From: Paramecium tetraurelia
Taxonomy: Eukaryota
Reading direction: 5' to 3'
NCBI GenBank assembly: GCA_000165425.1
Contig: CT868025.1
Coordinates: 186,001-250,000 of the forward strand
DNA length: 64,000 nucleotides
This document shows positions 28,418 to 40,888 of this stretch, piece by piece. The notes under the pieces were generated by a model that worked only from the letters and a program-made list of their open reading frames with translations, was not told the DNA's origin and made no database searches. Position 1 is the stretch's first letter. Every line of letters begins with the position of its first letter. The translations under genes were made by a program, and so were the position numbers.

Positions 28418-29680
28418 ATGGAAACAGTTTCTTAACAAATAAAACAATTGAATCAGAAAAATCAAGAACTCTCAGTGTTAGAAAACAGAATAGTCTAATT
28501 GAAATAATAATTGAATTTGCAATAAGCAAACAATAATATCTTGAAAACTAAAGTAGATAAGATAGTTCACTCCAAAAAACAAAAGTTTTATGATCAAATG
28601 AAGGTAACTTCATTACTAACAGAATTTAGTTGAACCAAATACTCCAGGATAATGCTGTAAATAATGACTAAGCTTAATATATGATTCAAAGAAATAAAGT
28701 GTTATTGAATGAAGAACTAAGACAAACTAAATAGGATATGTTGGAAGAAAAGTATCTTCAAACCTAATAGATGAAATAAAAATTGGATTTAGACATGCTT
28801 ATTAACTAAAAAAAAAGAGATCAATAGCTATTAGAGAAGTAGTAATAATATGCAAAAGTACTCAAATCATTTTATTTGATTAGATTTCAGAGTGGGAATT
28901 TAATCTTAAACTTGATTTAAAATAAAGACAGATAGATAAAATTGACAGAATCAGATCAGAAGAAAAGGAGTTCAAAGAACAATTAGCAAAAAGAATATTA
29001 GAATAACATCAGCTATGTGAATAATTGACCAATCAAGAATAACGATTGTTAAGGTATCTTTTATTTGCAACTTATGAAGCAAATTAAAACATTCGCAATA
29101 GTTCGGAACCTCACTTAAAAATGATCTAACAACTGCAATGCATTTAAGTATAAAGGAGTATAAAAATAATATGTCTGTGTCAATGCCCACTCATGTTAAA
29201 TCTTACAGTTCTTCCAAATTACCAAAGGAACAATAACGTAGTCCTTATGCCCAATTGCCTACTATGCTCATGATGAAAATAAATGGATAAATCAATAAGA
29301 GCTAAAATGAAAACTCTTTTTTTCGTGAAAATATTATGAAAGGGTATCAATTTTCTTTGCCTTCTCTTTGTAAGCCTTCCTTTACAGAATAGTAACAACA
29401 AGTCGAACGGCTTTATTAATCCAAAACAGTGAAGAATAGTAAGTCAGATTTGCAGTAGATACTGAATTATTGTGATTCTACAGGTAAAATAGAACAGAAA
29501 TAAAAACATCGTATGAATTAAAGCGAAATATTGAAAAACTAGGCGAGTACTTATTCGATAAAGGAAAATAAATAGAACTAACAAGAGTAAGAGTAAAGTA
29601 AATAGTAATAATCAGAAGAAATGAAAATTAATAAGGATGAAGAAATATCGAATCAGAATTAATAAGAAGAATAACAATGA
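28418..29680 (+). CDS. Hypothetical coiled-coil protein
   Basis: METVSQQIKQLNQKNQELSVLENRIVQLK...; short introns; TGA 29678-29680. Confidence 0.65.
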
Positions 29681-29738
29681 TGATATGTATTTATTAAAAT
29701 TTTAATAAAATTTTATAACAGATTTTAAATCATTAAAA

Positions 29739-29800
29739 GATCCTATATTTAAATCAGAGTCCAACTATAATATTTAAGAAGGATTCTTCATTTTAGGTCT
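29739..29800 (-). promoter_or_regulatory. SECIS element in the SelW 3' UTR
   Basis: Minus strand: CCTAAA-ATGAA-GAATCCTTCT-TAAATATTAT-AGTTGGACTC-TGAT-TTAAATATAGG. AUGA...GA quartet (29791-29788 / 29756-29753), imperfect helix II GAATCC/GGACTC, apical AAA, lower helix CCTA/TAGG. Confidence 0.85.
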
Positions 29801-29835
29801 TGAGATGATCTAAAACGACATGGTTATGTATTCTT

Positions 29836-30179
29836 TCAATTTTCAATAAAATTGACAAGCTTTTTCATAGCTTTCTCTGCTGAAAATGCTCCGAAAGGAC
29901 CATCTCCACGTAATTTAGAGTGAATTAGTTCAGATTTAGAATCCTTTCTAGTCACGGTTATTTCCATTTCTCCAGTTATTTTATCTTAGGATTTGCTTGT
30001 CACTTCAGCCTGAGGATATAATGATTTAATGTATTGTTAGGCCAAGTTGTATTGAGACCAATATCCTCATCCACCACAATAGGTGATATGAACTGGATAA
30101 TAAATGAATAGGAAATACCTTTGAATTATTTATCTTTGGAAGTTTTAAGTGTTGAGATGTTCTCTGGTAATTTGATCAT
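29836..30179 (-). CDS. SELENOW: Selenoprotein W (Rdx family) with CxxU motif; Sec encoded by TGA at 30067-30069
   Basis: MIKLPENISTLKTSKDKQFK [26-nt intron 30093-30118] VHITYCGG-TGA-GYWSQY...ITGEMEITV...LIHSKLRGDG...KKLVNFIEN*. Matches SelW motifs YCGxUGY, TGxFEV and HSKxxGDG. Confidence 0.93.
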
Positions 30180-30355
30180 GAAATAATAAATAATATCTTA
30201 TTATAATATAAATTTCACTTAAAAGTGTTAAAAAATAATGGATCAATAATAATTAAAAATAGTCCAAGAAATTTGTTAATTGTTATAAAACATTTAAAAT
30301 AGTATAGCTTTGCAAAAATGAAATATTTGTGATTTATATTGTAATGTGTAATGTA

Positions 30356-30828
30356 TCAAGCTACAAGTATGCATGCTCCTCCAACTGCTTTGATTCTTCT
30401 CTCTGCAGTTTTGCTAAAGAACTTAGCTTTGACAACGACTGGTTAATTTGGAAGTCTGCCTTTTCCTAGGACTTTGAAATAACCAGCCTTGGTGACATCG
30501 ATAACAGCAGCTTTGTCCTTTGATTTAGCATATTTTTCTCTGGTTTCATCAGTGACAAGTGACCATAATTTGTCAATATTGACTACAGGTCTGTGGAGTG
30601 TGTTTTTTTTCAAATGGAAATGTCTCATACCGGTCTAGAGGAGGAATAGGAGGAGATGGGTACTTTTTGGAAATAACCTGGATGGTATTTATTGAAATTG
30701 ATTCTATGATGTGTTAAACCTCCTGAAACACCTCTACCACTTGGATGTTTTCTGTGTTTGCCAACTCTACCGTAACCATGGCATACATGTCCTCTCATTT
30801 TTCTACACTTTCTCAATCTGCTGACCAT
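30356..30828 (-). CDS. RPL27A: 60S ribosomal protein L27a (uL15)
   Basis: [33 protein letters not shown]...YHPGYFQK [intron 30635-30663] TGMRHFH...[12 protein letters not shown]...[12 protein letters not shown]. Confidence 0.97.
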
Positions 30829-30922
30829 TGTATTAAATTTTAAAAAAAAGATTTTAATATGTGATTAATACCCTGATTGAATATATAAATCGTAATAAAT
30901 CGAGAGTAGTGATTACCTAGAA

Positions 30923-31997
30923 ATGCGAATTACTGTTAATTAACTGTTGTGCCAATAAGATGAAGTTGAGAGTATAATTTAAAAGGATTAAATAAATAAT
31001 TAAAAATGTAAAATGATGCAATCGATTATCTGAAAATCTTCACTTCACTAACTATATTCAAAGCTTTCTGTTCTGGTGTGCATCGCTATAAAGTTAACTA
31101 GATGGCATCATCACATTACGAAACCGTAAATAAGTGATCATGATATTATGATAGGAATCAACTTTGGCTGTTCTGATGAAAATTCAGATGTAATTCAATT
31201 TTCTACTACTTCATTCCACATTGTTTTTTAAACAGTGGGACAATGTGTCAGAAATGGGTTAATTCAACCTCTTCCTAATGATGTCAACAAGCCTATTTGC
31301 TATGACCTTATTGCTGACAGATTATAGATGGCTTTTGAAAATATATAGATACGAAAATCATATCCTCAGAGAAGACTACCCAATATTTGAATTCTTGGGA
31401 ATACAAATCTTTATGATGTTTGGATGCGCCTTGCTCATAACAATTTAGTGGTTCACAATTCCAATTCTTTCGGATCTAATGCATCAGCTTTTATGCATTT
31501 ACAAAATACCATAAATCATTAAATGTCACCAAAATAACTAAATGCCCAACATCACCTATTTCTGCTTTCTCGAAGACTACTGCATTTTAATTTTTTTCTC
31601 CTACTACAGAGGTTGCCCCAGCAATATCTTTAAACTCCAAGAAAACCTGGGAATTTGCATAAGCGTAACCGTTTTCATATGCATTCAGCAGTGCATTCTA
31701 CTCTATTAGTTTCACATCAAACCCTAACTCTACTACAATAAGTCTTAGGTCAAGGACTTTGCCAAATAAATAAGGGAGCAAAACATTTATTCAACCTTTG
31801 ATGATTTGGTTATGAACACCAATGTTGAATGCGCAATTTGTCTTCAGGGCATCGAAATAACTAATTCTTCACAAATTTAACTTGATTCTCAGGATTCAAT
31901 AGTTTTGACTCTTTGTTCCCACAAGTTTCACGAAAGTTGTCTGATAAGTTGGCTCTAAGTCAAAAAGCAATGTCCAGTGTGCAGACACTAATTCTGA
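30923..31997 (+). CDS. Transmembrane RING-H2 E3 ubiquitin ligase (Tul1/Dsc1-like)
   Basis: Several hydrophobic helices, YYRGCPSNIF motif, C-terminal CAICLQ...LTLCSHKFHESCLISWLQVKKQCPVCR. Confidence 0.8.
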
Positions 31998-32101
31998 TTG
32001 ATTCAATGTTGTTTTTATGTTTTACGTATTATTTATCTCTCGATTATATATGAGAACATTGATATTTACTATAATTTTATATGTAAAACATTTCATAATA
32101 T

Positions 32102-32472
32102 TCAAGCCACTGTATGAATTAGGGTCCATGTTAATAAAAATTCACCCACTGAAGCTCCCAATCCCTCTGTGTATATTTCTGTATTCTCTATTTTATCTTC
32201 ATCGACCTAATCAATCATTTTGCAGATCGTACTTATTTGTATTTGAAGACATAATAGTATGAAAATCCCATCGACAAAAACAAAAATCCCAAAATTGTCA
32301 ATATGCCTTGTAAATGTAAAAATCCTGCCGCTAATCCTAGAAGGACTGATACTATTTGTCTCACGAAGAAAAGTGCTGTTTTGATTTGATCAGAACTTGC
32401 TTAATCGTCTGTGGATAAAGAGAAACTCAAAAACTCACCTACAGACTGGAAACCTTCCTTTTTTAAAGGCAT
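32102..32472 (-). CDS. RAB5IF: Rab5ip-family small membrane protein (RAB5IF/C20orf24-like)
   Basis: After two introns: LFFVRQIVSVLLGLAAGFLHLQGILTILGF...YKQVDEDKIENTEIYTEGLGASVGEFLLTWTLIHTVA*. Confidence 0.85.
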
Positions 32473-32506
32473 TCAATAATATAAATTTATTAAAAATAAA
32501 TATAAC

Positions 32507-32918
32507 ATGGGAAAAATTATAATCGAATACCTTGAAGGCAAGAAAATTTATGCTTGCAAGAACTGCAATGTTCATCTTTCCAACCAAGACTACTTGACTT
32601 CTAAAGTAATTCCTTGAGTTAAGTTATAGCAATTCACAGGAAAGTCTGGAACCGCATTTCTCTTCGAAAAAGGGTAAGAGTTACAATAATAAAAGTGTGA
32701 ACTATCTGACAGGCATACCAGAAGATAAAAGACTAAGAACTGGATTACATACCACTCAAGACATCATGTGCATCAAATGTCAAACATATCTCGGATGGAA
32801 ATATGTAATGCCATGAATTACAATATTAAAGCTTCATGCTTATGAGTAATCTGAGAAGTACAAGGAAGGCAAAATCATTTTAGAAAAACTGTTCTTGACC
32901 AAAATCAAGTGGAATTGA
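32507..32918 (+). CDS. YPEL: Yippee-family zinc-binding protein
   Basis: MGKIIIEYLEGKKIYACKNCNVHL...SKQFTGKSGTAFLF...TGLHTTQDIMCIKCQTYLGWKY...EKYKEGKIILEK; three short introns. Confidence 0.93.
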
Positions 32919-32952
32919 TCTACTATCTTTAAATTATAAAATCATAATAAAA

Positions 32953-35900
32953 TCATTCTATTAATGAGACTCTGTCACCTAAGTTATTAAATTTATATTG
33001 GTGATAAAAGTTCAACCCTATATTCATCATATTCACACCCAAAATCTCCAAAAATGTTGTGTGTATCTACCGTAACTCCAACATGCTAGTAATTGCAATT
33101 GTTATTTATAAAATCGAATACAGCAGAGATTATCTAAGAGAATTAGCAATCTGTCTCAAAATCTCATTCTTATATTGCCATCTGCTATCCCACTTTGGAT
33201 GTTTATTCAATTTAGATGTCTGGATAATGAAGAAGACATAATTGAATCCACATGATATCCAAAAAACCGTTTTTAATAGACCAATACTCCTTTTTAAATT
33301 GCTGATATTTCGTATCAATCATAATGTAAGTCTTAAGCTATAGTAAACTATTCAATTACAGCATAATTTGAAATGCCAATAAAGAAAAAGATAGAAAGGC
33401 TAAGTCATACAGTCCTTATATTATAAATCTATCAATATAATTGGAATAATTACTTTATGATAAGAAAAATACTGATTCCATTTTCTAGGAGGGAGAAATA
33501 TGAAAAACAAATGGTTTTTGAAATGCTTGAGTAATTTAGAATCTTGATTATAATAGTGTAGAGGCAAATTAAAAATATTATTAACAAAAGACCAGGAAAA
33601 TTGTATATTACTAAGAAACTCTATTCATCAATAATTTAGTTGTTATTTTAGTTTTGATTATTATTAGTTTAATTAGTGTTGTTATAATCTGTGTAATAAT
33701 CTTGAGTAACGCATTAATTTAAATAAAGATCTAAATCTCCCTCGCATTCTAAACAAATTTCTTTCTCTAAAAATGCACAAGCTGTACATTTTCCAATTGA
33801 GCAAGGATAGCATTAGCCATTTAATGCATAATAATTGACTGGACATTCATCTACACAAGTAGAATTATACAGATATCCAACTAAACAGATTGAACATTTA
33901 TCATAACTTTCACATTCGGCACAATCATTTGAACAAGATAATGAGATAGATTACTTAAAATATCCTTATTATTGGATGTCTCCTTTATAATACGTAGTAA
34001 GTTTATATGTGAATAAATAGACATATTGATTTGGAATAGTAAAAAATCTGAATGGAATTTCTAACAAACCATTTCCTTCCATATTGATATAGACAATTTA
34101 ATTCTATTCTTGTTTACAGCCATCACAATATATTATAATATTTCCCTCATATTTTATTACATCCACCTAAAACTACAAGGCAATTCGTAATAATGCTTCT
34201 TTCATTTATATAAATTTGTTATCCATAAGTTGTATATTGGATAACTAAATTTTTTCATATTCCCAATCTTGGAACTTAGAATTGAAAATGGCTATTTAAT
34301 CTCCATTCTTATCAACTAGAATAAATTACCATTCGAGTAATTAAGGTTTAGATGGATTTAATGGTTATGAAATAAGGAGACGTAAAACTTAATGTTTTTT
34401 CATTAGAGGCAAATCATTTATTTCAGTATTGCAATCAAAGTTATTCTGTTAAAAATTCAAGAATTTACATTAAAGCTTTTACTTTATGATCAAATTAGTA
34501 GGATAATGAATTTTCAATTTATCTTATTCATTAATGTCGCAGGGTAATTCGATGCTAAATTACCATTGATTTAATGCATTTAATTCTCTTGTGGTGATTT
34601 ATGGAACAATTTGAAATTGATTTGGCTTAAAAACTAATTAATATTCGATTTAACTTTGTTAACATTCCTTTGCATATGTTGAAATTAATAATTTTGACTC
34701 CTTTGCTAATCTAGGTGTTTCTATATTAAAAATAACATCCTTATTTTTTGATAATTCTATCACTGAAAAATTTATCCTTTTGCAATTTTGGCATTTAATT
34801 TCATTTATGTTTATTGTATCATCAAAACGAAGTTAAACTATATATTAACTCTCTAAAGACACAGATAAGCTAGTCTTATCTACACTTAATAAACTGCTTA
34901 AGGATATTTATAGATTCTTGATTAATTAATTAGGTTTCTGAATTAGAACAACATCTGATAATAGTTACTCTCTAAATTGATCATTTTAATAAGCCTGTGA
35001 TTCAAATCTACTAGTTTAACATATTGTTGATGGATTTTTAATCCAATAGGTAAAACTAAATGATGATCCACTTACTATTTAACTTTCCCATTAAACCAAA
35101 TTCAATTCTTTGGGGAATTGGATATATATCACTCCATTTACGATAGGGTTTTACAATTCAATGTTTATATACAGATTTGTTTCTTCATCTACTACTTCAG
35201 TATCTCTACTAACAATAAAACTCTTATATCTATTTGGCTCAATAGAATAAATAAGATCTCCAAATAAACTTGCACTTATTTTGTTAATTAAAAATGAGAA
35301 TTTTATGTCTTGCTTATACTCTAAATTCTAAAATTAGAATTCAACCTTTAATCTAAACTGTTCTAACAATTAATCATTAAATCCAATTATAGAAATAACC
35401 TTGTCATTCTAAACAAATGATTTTTCAATATCATTTATGATTAATTTATCAATCACCAATAATATTGATAATGTAAATTACATATCTGAATTAGCAAGTA
35501 TATATTTCTAAGAGTCCAGTAGTATTTATAAGGTTGTATATTATGTCGCATAACTATTAGAGCTCACTAAAATTAAAATGAAGGATACCTTTCACTATTC
35601 TTTCTATTTCAGATGGAGCATATGCCCCAAAATTGAATTAACCTTCAGATAATTTATTGCCGCTGTTAAAAATCTTAATAGTTGCTGTGTATACCTCTAA
35701 ATTAGAAGGATATGTAAAGTTATTAATAATAAAGGAGTGCTGACTTTCATTATAAAGGAACTCCACATTTCGATTGAATACATAAATACTATTTTCTTTT
35801 GATTGGCAATCCTGTCCATTTGATAGGCCTGTGAAATTAGTGCAAGATATAAAATGACTAGTGAATACTGGGAATTCTAATTAAAATTATAAATCCTGAA

Positions 35901-36435
35901 ACATTATAGGCTTATGTTCAATTTAATAAAAGTCGTATTAAAATGAAAATTAAAGATTAGACCGTTCAAATGTAATCCCATTTCCGTCAGCCTAACATTT
36001 CAATTGATCATCTTTAATTTCCAAGACCAAAAACATATTTATTGTTTTTGTTCCATTTATAATTGTAATCTTGATGATTTTTTCTCCAGGAGTTGGAGGA
36101 TTTTTTATTTTATTAAAGAATGCCATGAAAAAGTAAATTTATCGATCTTCACTAGTATATATTACTTTAGGAGGTTAAATTTGGAGTGGATATTAACAGT
36201 CAACGCTGAAACCTGAATCGCTCATGTCAAATTCACTTAATGTTATTGCTATCAACTTTGTAATCTTCTTTAGGTATGCACCTTGAAAAGCAATTTTCAA
36301 ATCAATTTGATTGTAGGAATTAACATTTTCATAATTATAGGTGAGAGTAACATCAATATCTGTCTCACTTTTGACCACTTCAAATGAAGCTACTTATAGG
36401 ATTAGAATTGGCAGTAGTGTTAGTTTTAATAGCAT
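32953..36435 (-). CDS. Large surface/membrane protein: signal peptide, beta-rich ectodomain, furin-like Cys-rich repeats, C-terminal TM helices (~1160 aa)
   Basis: MLLKLTLLPILILQVAS signal; CSNDCAECESYDKCSICLVGYLYNSTCVDECPVNYY...CYPCSIGKCTAC (~33720-33940); hydrophobic helices ~33040-33620; span 3483 nt is divisible by 3. Confidence 0.8.
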
Positions 36436-36726
36436 TTTCAATATTAAGAATATGATTATAAATGAATTCAATCATTTATTTGAACTCTTTGTTTATTGGA
36501 GATTTCCACTAAAAGTTTACTTTTTTCACTAAAATAATATTATATATTTTAATATATAATTCATATACAAGAAGGAGTTAGTTTGAAATTCTATATTGAA
36601 TTATGTTTTTTATTGATCACTCCTTTACTTTTAGTATCAATCAATCCATGGCATTAATACTCTTTGCATAAAAAAGTTAATTATGAAAAATAATATTATT
36701 ATTAAAATTATCATATAGATAGTAAT

Positions 36727-37011
36727 ATGCAATCCAAATTTCAGAAAGAAATTTTGCAATTTTATCGATCAATGCTTAAGTGGGCCAATCTGAAACCAGA
36801 GCCAGCAAGATCAACTATTAAACTTTATGTTTAGAATGAATATCGAAAGAATTAAAATATTCCAAAAAAGAAGTTAGATAGGGTATTTTGTGGATTAATA
36901 TATCTAGATTGAATTTCTCTTTAGATAAGGAAAGAATAAGTACGAAATATGGAAGGTATAGAATTTTCATATATTAAGGATGCAAAAATTGACTAAATAT
37001 AAATTAAATGA
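36727..37011 (+). CDS. LYR-motif mitochondrial protein, SDHAF1-like
   Basis: MQSKFQKEILQFYRSMLKWANLKPEPARSTIKLYVQNEYRKNQNIPKKKLDRIEFLFRQGKNKYEIWK; two introns. Confidence 0.8.
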
Positions 37012-37036
37012 TTTATAGTAAAAATTTATTAAACTT

Positions 37037-37572
37037 TCAAGGTTTGCCTTTTTTTATTTTTTCTAAGAATTAACAAGGCTTTTCACATTCTGTATGTGTA
37101 CAATGATGGCGTTTTACAAGTTACTTACAACATTTGCATTCCTTTTCCTTAGACTCTCTCCTTTTCCTCAATTTTCCATTCTAAGAATCTGATTAACTAT
37201 CCAAGACAAAGTCATCTTCCTTAGACATTAAGTCATCTAAGTTGACTTAAACAGGCAAATCAGCTATAAAATAGAATTATGTTAAAGTGATACGTGAATT
37301 CTTGACTTTGATAACATCCAAAAGTTTTGAAATTTAATCATTTGGTAATCTTTCAAAGATTTTGATCAAATCATCACTCATTTTTCTTGATATTTTAATT
37401 TATCCTCTTTCATCATTTAACTTAACCTTCTTTTCTATTGAGTCATTTTCACTTTAACTACTATTTTCTTGTATCTTATGATCCTGCTTCCTTAATTTAA
37501 AACTACCCCTTACTTATTATCCAATCCAGAAGACTTAGAATGACACTCAGAGGATTCAGAATTCTAAAACAT
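37037..37572 (-). CDS. Hypothetical protein with Cys/His-rich C-terminus
   Basis: ATG 37572; ends ECKCCKQLVKRHHCTHTECEKPCQFLEKIKKGKP*. Confidence 0.6.
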
Positions 37573-38195
37573 ATATTTTCTAATATAATATAATATTAAT
37601 AAATAATTCATTTTTCTTTGCTTTATTGCTTTTATATCGAATTTATATAAAACTAATTCTAATCTCATAATATTTATGAATCCCATTCTAGACTGAACTT
37701 CTAATAGTTTATTTGAGTATTGTTAATAACCCTTAGGGATTGATTTAGTAATGAAGATTTTAAATGAGTCAATATCTAGCATAAGACTGATCAGCAAGTA
37801 AAGAACAAAATAATATATTCAGTTCTGAAATTTCAGAATAAACTATTTGATTTGATTTAGATTTTTAAATTGTAAAGCGAATAGTAAATGAAGTCTTAAA
37901 ATATAAAATTATCCTAATACTTAATCATATCAAATGAGAAAATAAGAATATTCCTTTTACTTTGACTGATTATAGAATTTGCTCAGTATATTCAATATTA
38001 AAAATAACATTTGATTATATGAATCAGAGTGTTTCTTTGTTTCTACCTTTAATGGTTTCTCAATTTCAGATTAAAGAGCGGTAAAATTGAAATAATAAAT
38101 AAGATAATTAAAAATCCATTTTCACTTTATTTATCACTTTTATATATAAGTGTTTAGTTTTTAACGATAATAATAATTTATTTAATATTAACAGA

Positions 38196-39217
38196 ATGAT
38201 CATCGAAAATCAAAGATGTTTTGGGAAGGAAATAGCAAATTCAACTTTGCATCAATCCAAGGAGATAGGCATAATCGTGGAAAAACATAAAAAACCTTTC
38301 TCCATAATACCAAAAGTTTTTGCAATGAGTTTGGATGATAAAGAAAATAAACTGTTTAGAAGAGAATCAGAAAAATTCTAAATTGAGATAGAAACCGAAA
38401 AGAGCAAGGATGTTAAAAATCCTTAAAATGTTGAGTTATATTCCAATGAGATCTTACAACACCTACTGATTGAGGAGGTAATATTTTTAGACTATTTAAG
38501 AATAAATATACAATTAACTAGTACATGACACCTGAGTAACAGCCTGATATCAACATAAAAATGAGAGCTATTCTTGTGGATTGGTTAATTGATGTTCATG
38601 CCAAATTCAAGTTGAAGGATGAAACACTCTACATTACAATCTCTTTGATTGATCGATACTTGGCTCTGGCTCAAGTCACAAGAATGAGATTACAGTTAGT
38701 AGGTGTGGCTGCCCTGTTTATAGCTTGTAAGTACGAAGAAATCTACCCTCCTGCTTTGAAGGATTTCGTTTACATAACAGATAATGCGTATGTGAAAAGT
38801 GACGTTTTGGAAATGGAAGGTTTAATGTTATAAGCCTTAAATTTCAATATATGCAATCCCACTGCTTATTAATTCTTACAAAAATACTCAACCAATTTAG
38901 ATCCGAAGGATAAGGCGTTAGCTTAATATATACTGGAATTGGCTTTAGTTGAATATAAATTTATTATATATAAGCCTTCTTAAATTGTCCAATCTGTTAT
39001 ATTTTTAGTTAATAAGATTAGGTAATACTTTTATATTAATCATAGAACACCCACTTATAAAACATCGAACGAGAATCAATTAAAGCCTTGTGCTAAAGAA
39101 TTATGCACATTACTTTAAACAGCAGATCTAAGTTCCCTATAAGCAGTAAGGAAGAAATTCAATGCTTCTAAATTTTTTGAAGTTTCGAGAATTAAAGTAG
39201 AAAAAACAAACAAATGA
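38196..39217 (+). CDS. Mitotic cyclin (A/B type)
   Basis: D-box-like RCFGKEIAN; cyclin box MRAILVDWLIDVH...LQLVGVAALFIACKYEEIYPP; TGA 39215-39217. Confidence 0.95.
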
Positions 39218-39805
39218 TTGTAGTTTTAAATGTCTTGTTTCTTTGACTTTCACTCAAATTTTCAATTTTAGTTTTACAATAATTATAAACAATTATCATA
39301 ACTTTCTAAAATCAAACAAATGAGAAGAAATCTAATGAAAGTAACAAGTATGTTGGAGTTAGGGATTTGTATTATCTTTATAAAATGAAATTAAGAAGAA
39401 TAATCATTAAAGATATATTAAAATGTAATTTTTTAGATTAGTTTATTATATGTTTATTTTATCAGAATTTCAATTGTAATTATAATTTATCATTTTTTAT
39501 AAATCTATATTTAGAGTGATTCCGCAAATAATTAACAGATTCGTTTAAATTTAAGTATTCAAATAAATAATTAACTTCTAAACATTTCTCAAAATTACAC
39601 TCTCTTTTATATATATCTAATAAAGAATCTTCTATAGATTTTATTTGAAAATGCTTCAGTTATTAATTAAATTAATCAATTTTAAGGCATATTATTGTTA
39701 TTTATACAAAAAGCAACATTTATTTAGTTAATTAACAGTGGCAATCTAAATATGGTTATGTGATTAAACAAATAATATTGAATATATTTAATAAAAAGAT
39801 GAATC

Positions 39806-40888
39806 TCATCTTCCTGACCATGATGCAACTTATTTCTTGAATATGATGATGACTTATTCAATGATAGCATTTTCTTCGTCTCTCTTGGCCTTGGCTTCAG
39901 CATAGTCTGCTCTCTTGTTTTCTAAATCGGATTAAGCTTAATCTAAAGCGTCTTATGACTCTTAGAGAATAATCTTTGATTTGGCTTATTAGGCTAAGGC
40001 AGCTTGAATTTACTAAGGAAATAGAGATGATAATAGTTACAGTTGCCAATCTGTCTGCATAAACTTATTTTCTTTCGTATTCAACTTTGAGGTTTGCAAC
40101 TTCAGCTTCGCTCAATGATACCCATCCTGCTAATTCCCATGAGGCATTAATTTCATTGACTTCAAGAGCTTCAAGTGAGGCTTAAAGATTGGCTTCAAGT
40201 GATTCCAATACTGACAACACTTTCTCTGCTAATGTGGCTCCTCTGCTTACAGAACCGTCTTCTTATTTGTTGGCCAATTGGAGGAATGACTTTAATTCTT
40301 ATTCTTAGAATGTGCTACTGTATTGCTTCAACTTGTCAGCAACACTGTGAACTTAGACTAATTCAAAGGAGTCTCCATTGATAATATATCCTGCGACATC
40401 TTATTTGAGGACTCTGACTACTTCGAGTGCTTCTCTGTTTTATTTGATTGATCTAACAAACAATTGATTGCTGAGACACTATTCATCAAGAAGGACTTAA
40501 ATCTCTCTAGCGATTTCATCTTATCTTTGTTCATTCCAAGCGAGGTAATTTTTGGTGTCGTGGAGTTCTTATTCAAATTGTGCTCTGTTCTCAATTGATT
40601 ATTAAAACAATTTTTGGTTGAGATTCTTGATTTTTGTGAATTGTTCAATTGTTCTAAAATTAATCAATAAAATTACTATGCTCCAACCCATTCGTCTGTT
40701 TCATTCTTTTAATCAGCTGCGAATTAGGCATCCTTGTTTGATTAAATCAAATCATTGAGTAATCCAAACACTGTATCAATAGCATCACTTGCCTTTGTTC
40801 CAGTCTAAAGGAGGGCAAGGATTTGATCCTTAGTTGATGTTGCTGATGCGAATGTGACCAACAATACAAGGGCGATTGCCAATTTCAT
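39806..40888 (-). CDS. Trichocyst matrix protein precursor (TMP/Grl family)
   Basis: Signal peptide MKLAIALVLLVTFASA; acidic coiled coils (DTVFGLLNDL; EQCLSNQLFVRSIKQNREALEVV; LEVNEINASWELAGW); one 23-nt intron. Confidence 0.8.

Noticed and set aside
36564..36714. Alternative upstream starts for the furin-like membrane gene
   Set aside because: They are blocked by in-frame TGAs. ATG 36435 gives a clear signal peptide and an in-frame length.
40418..40648. Track ORF MNNSQKSRIST...
   Set aside because: It is the wrong frame of the trichocyst matrix protein exon; the true frame contains TAA-Gln codons.
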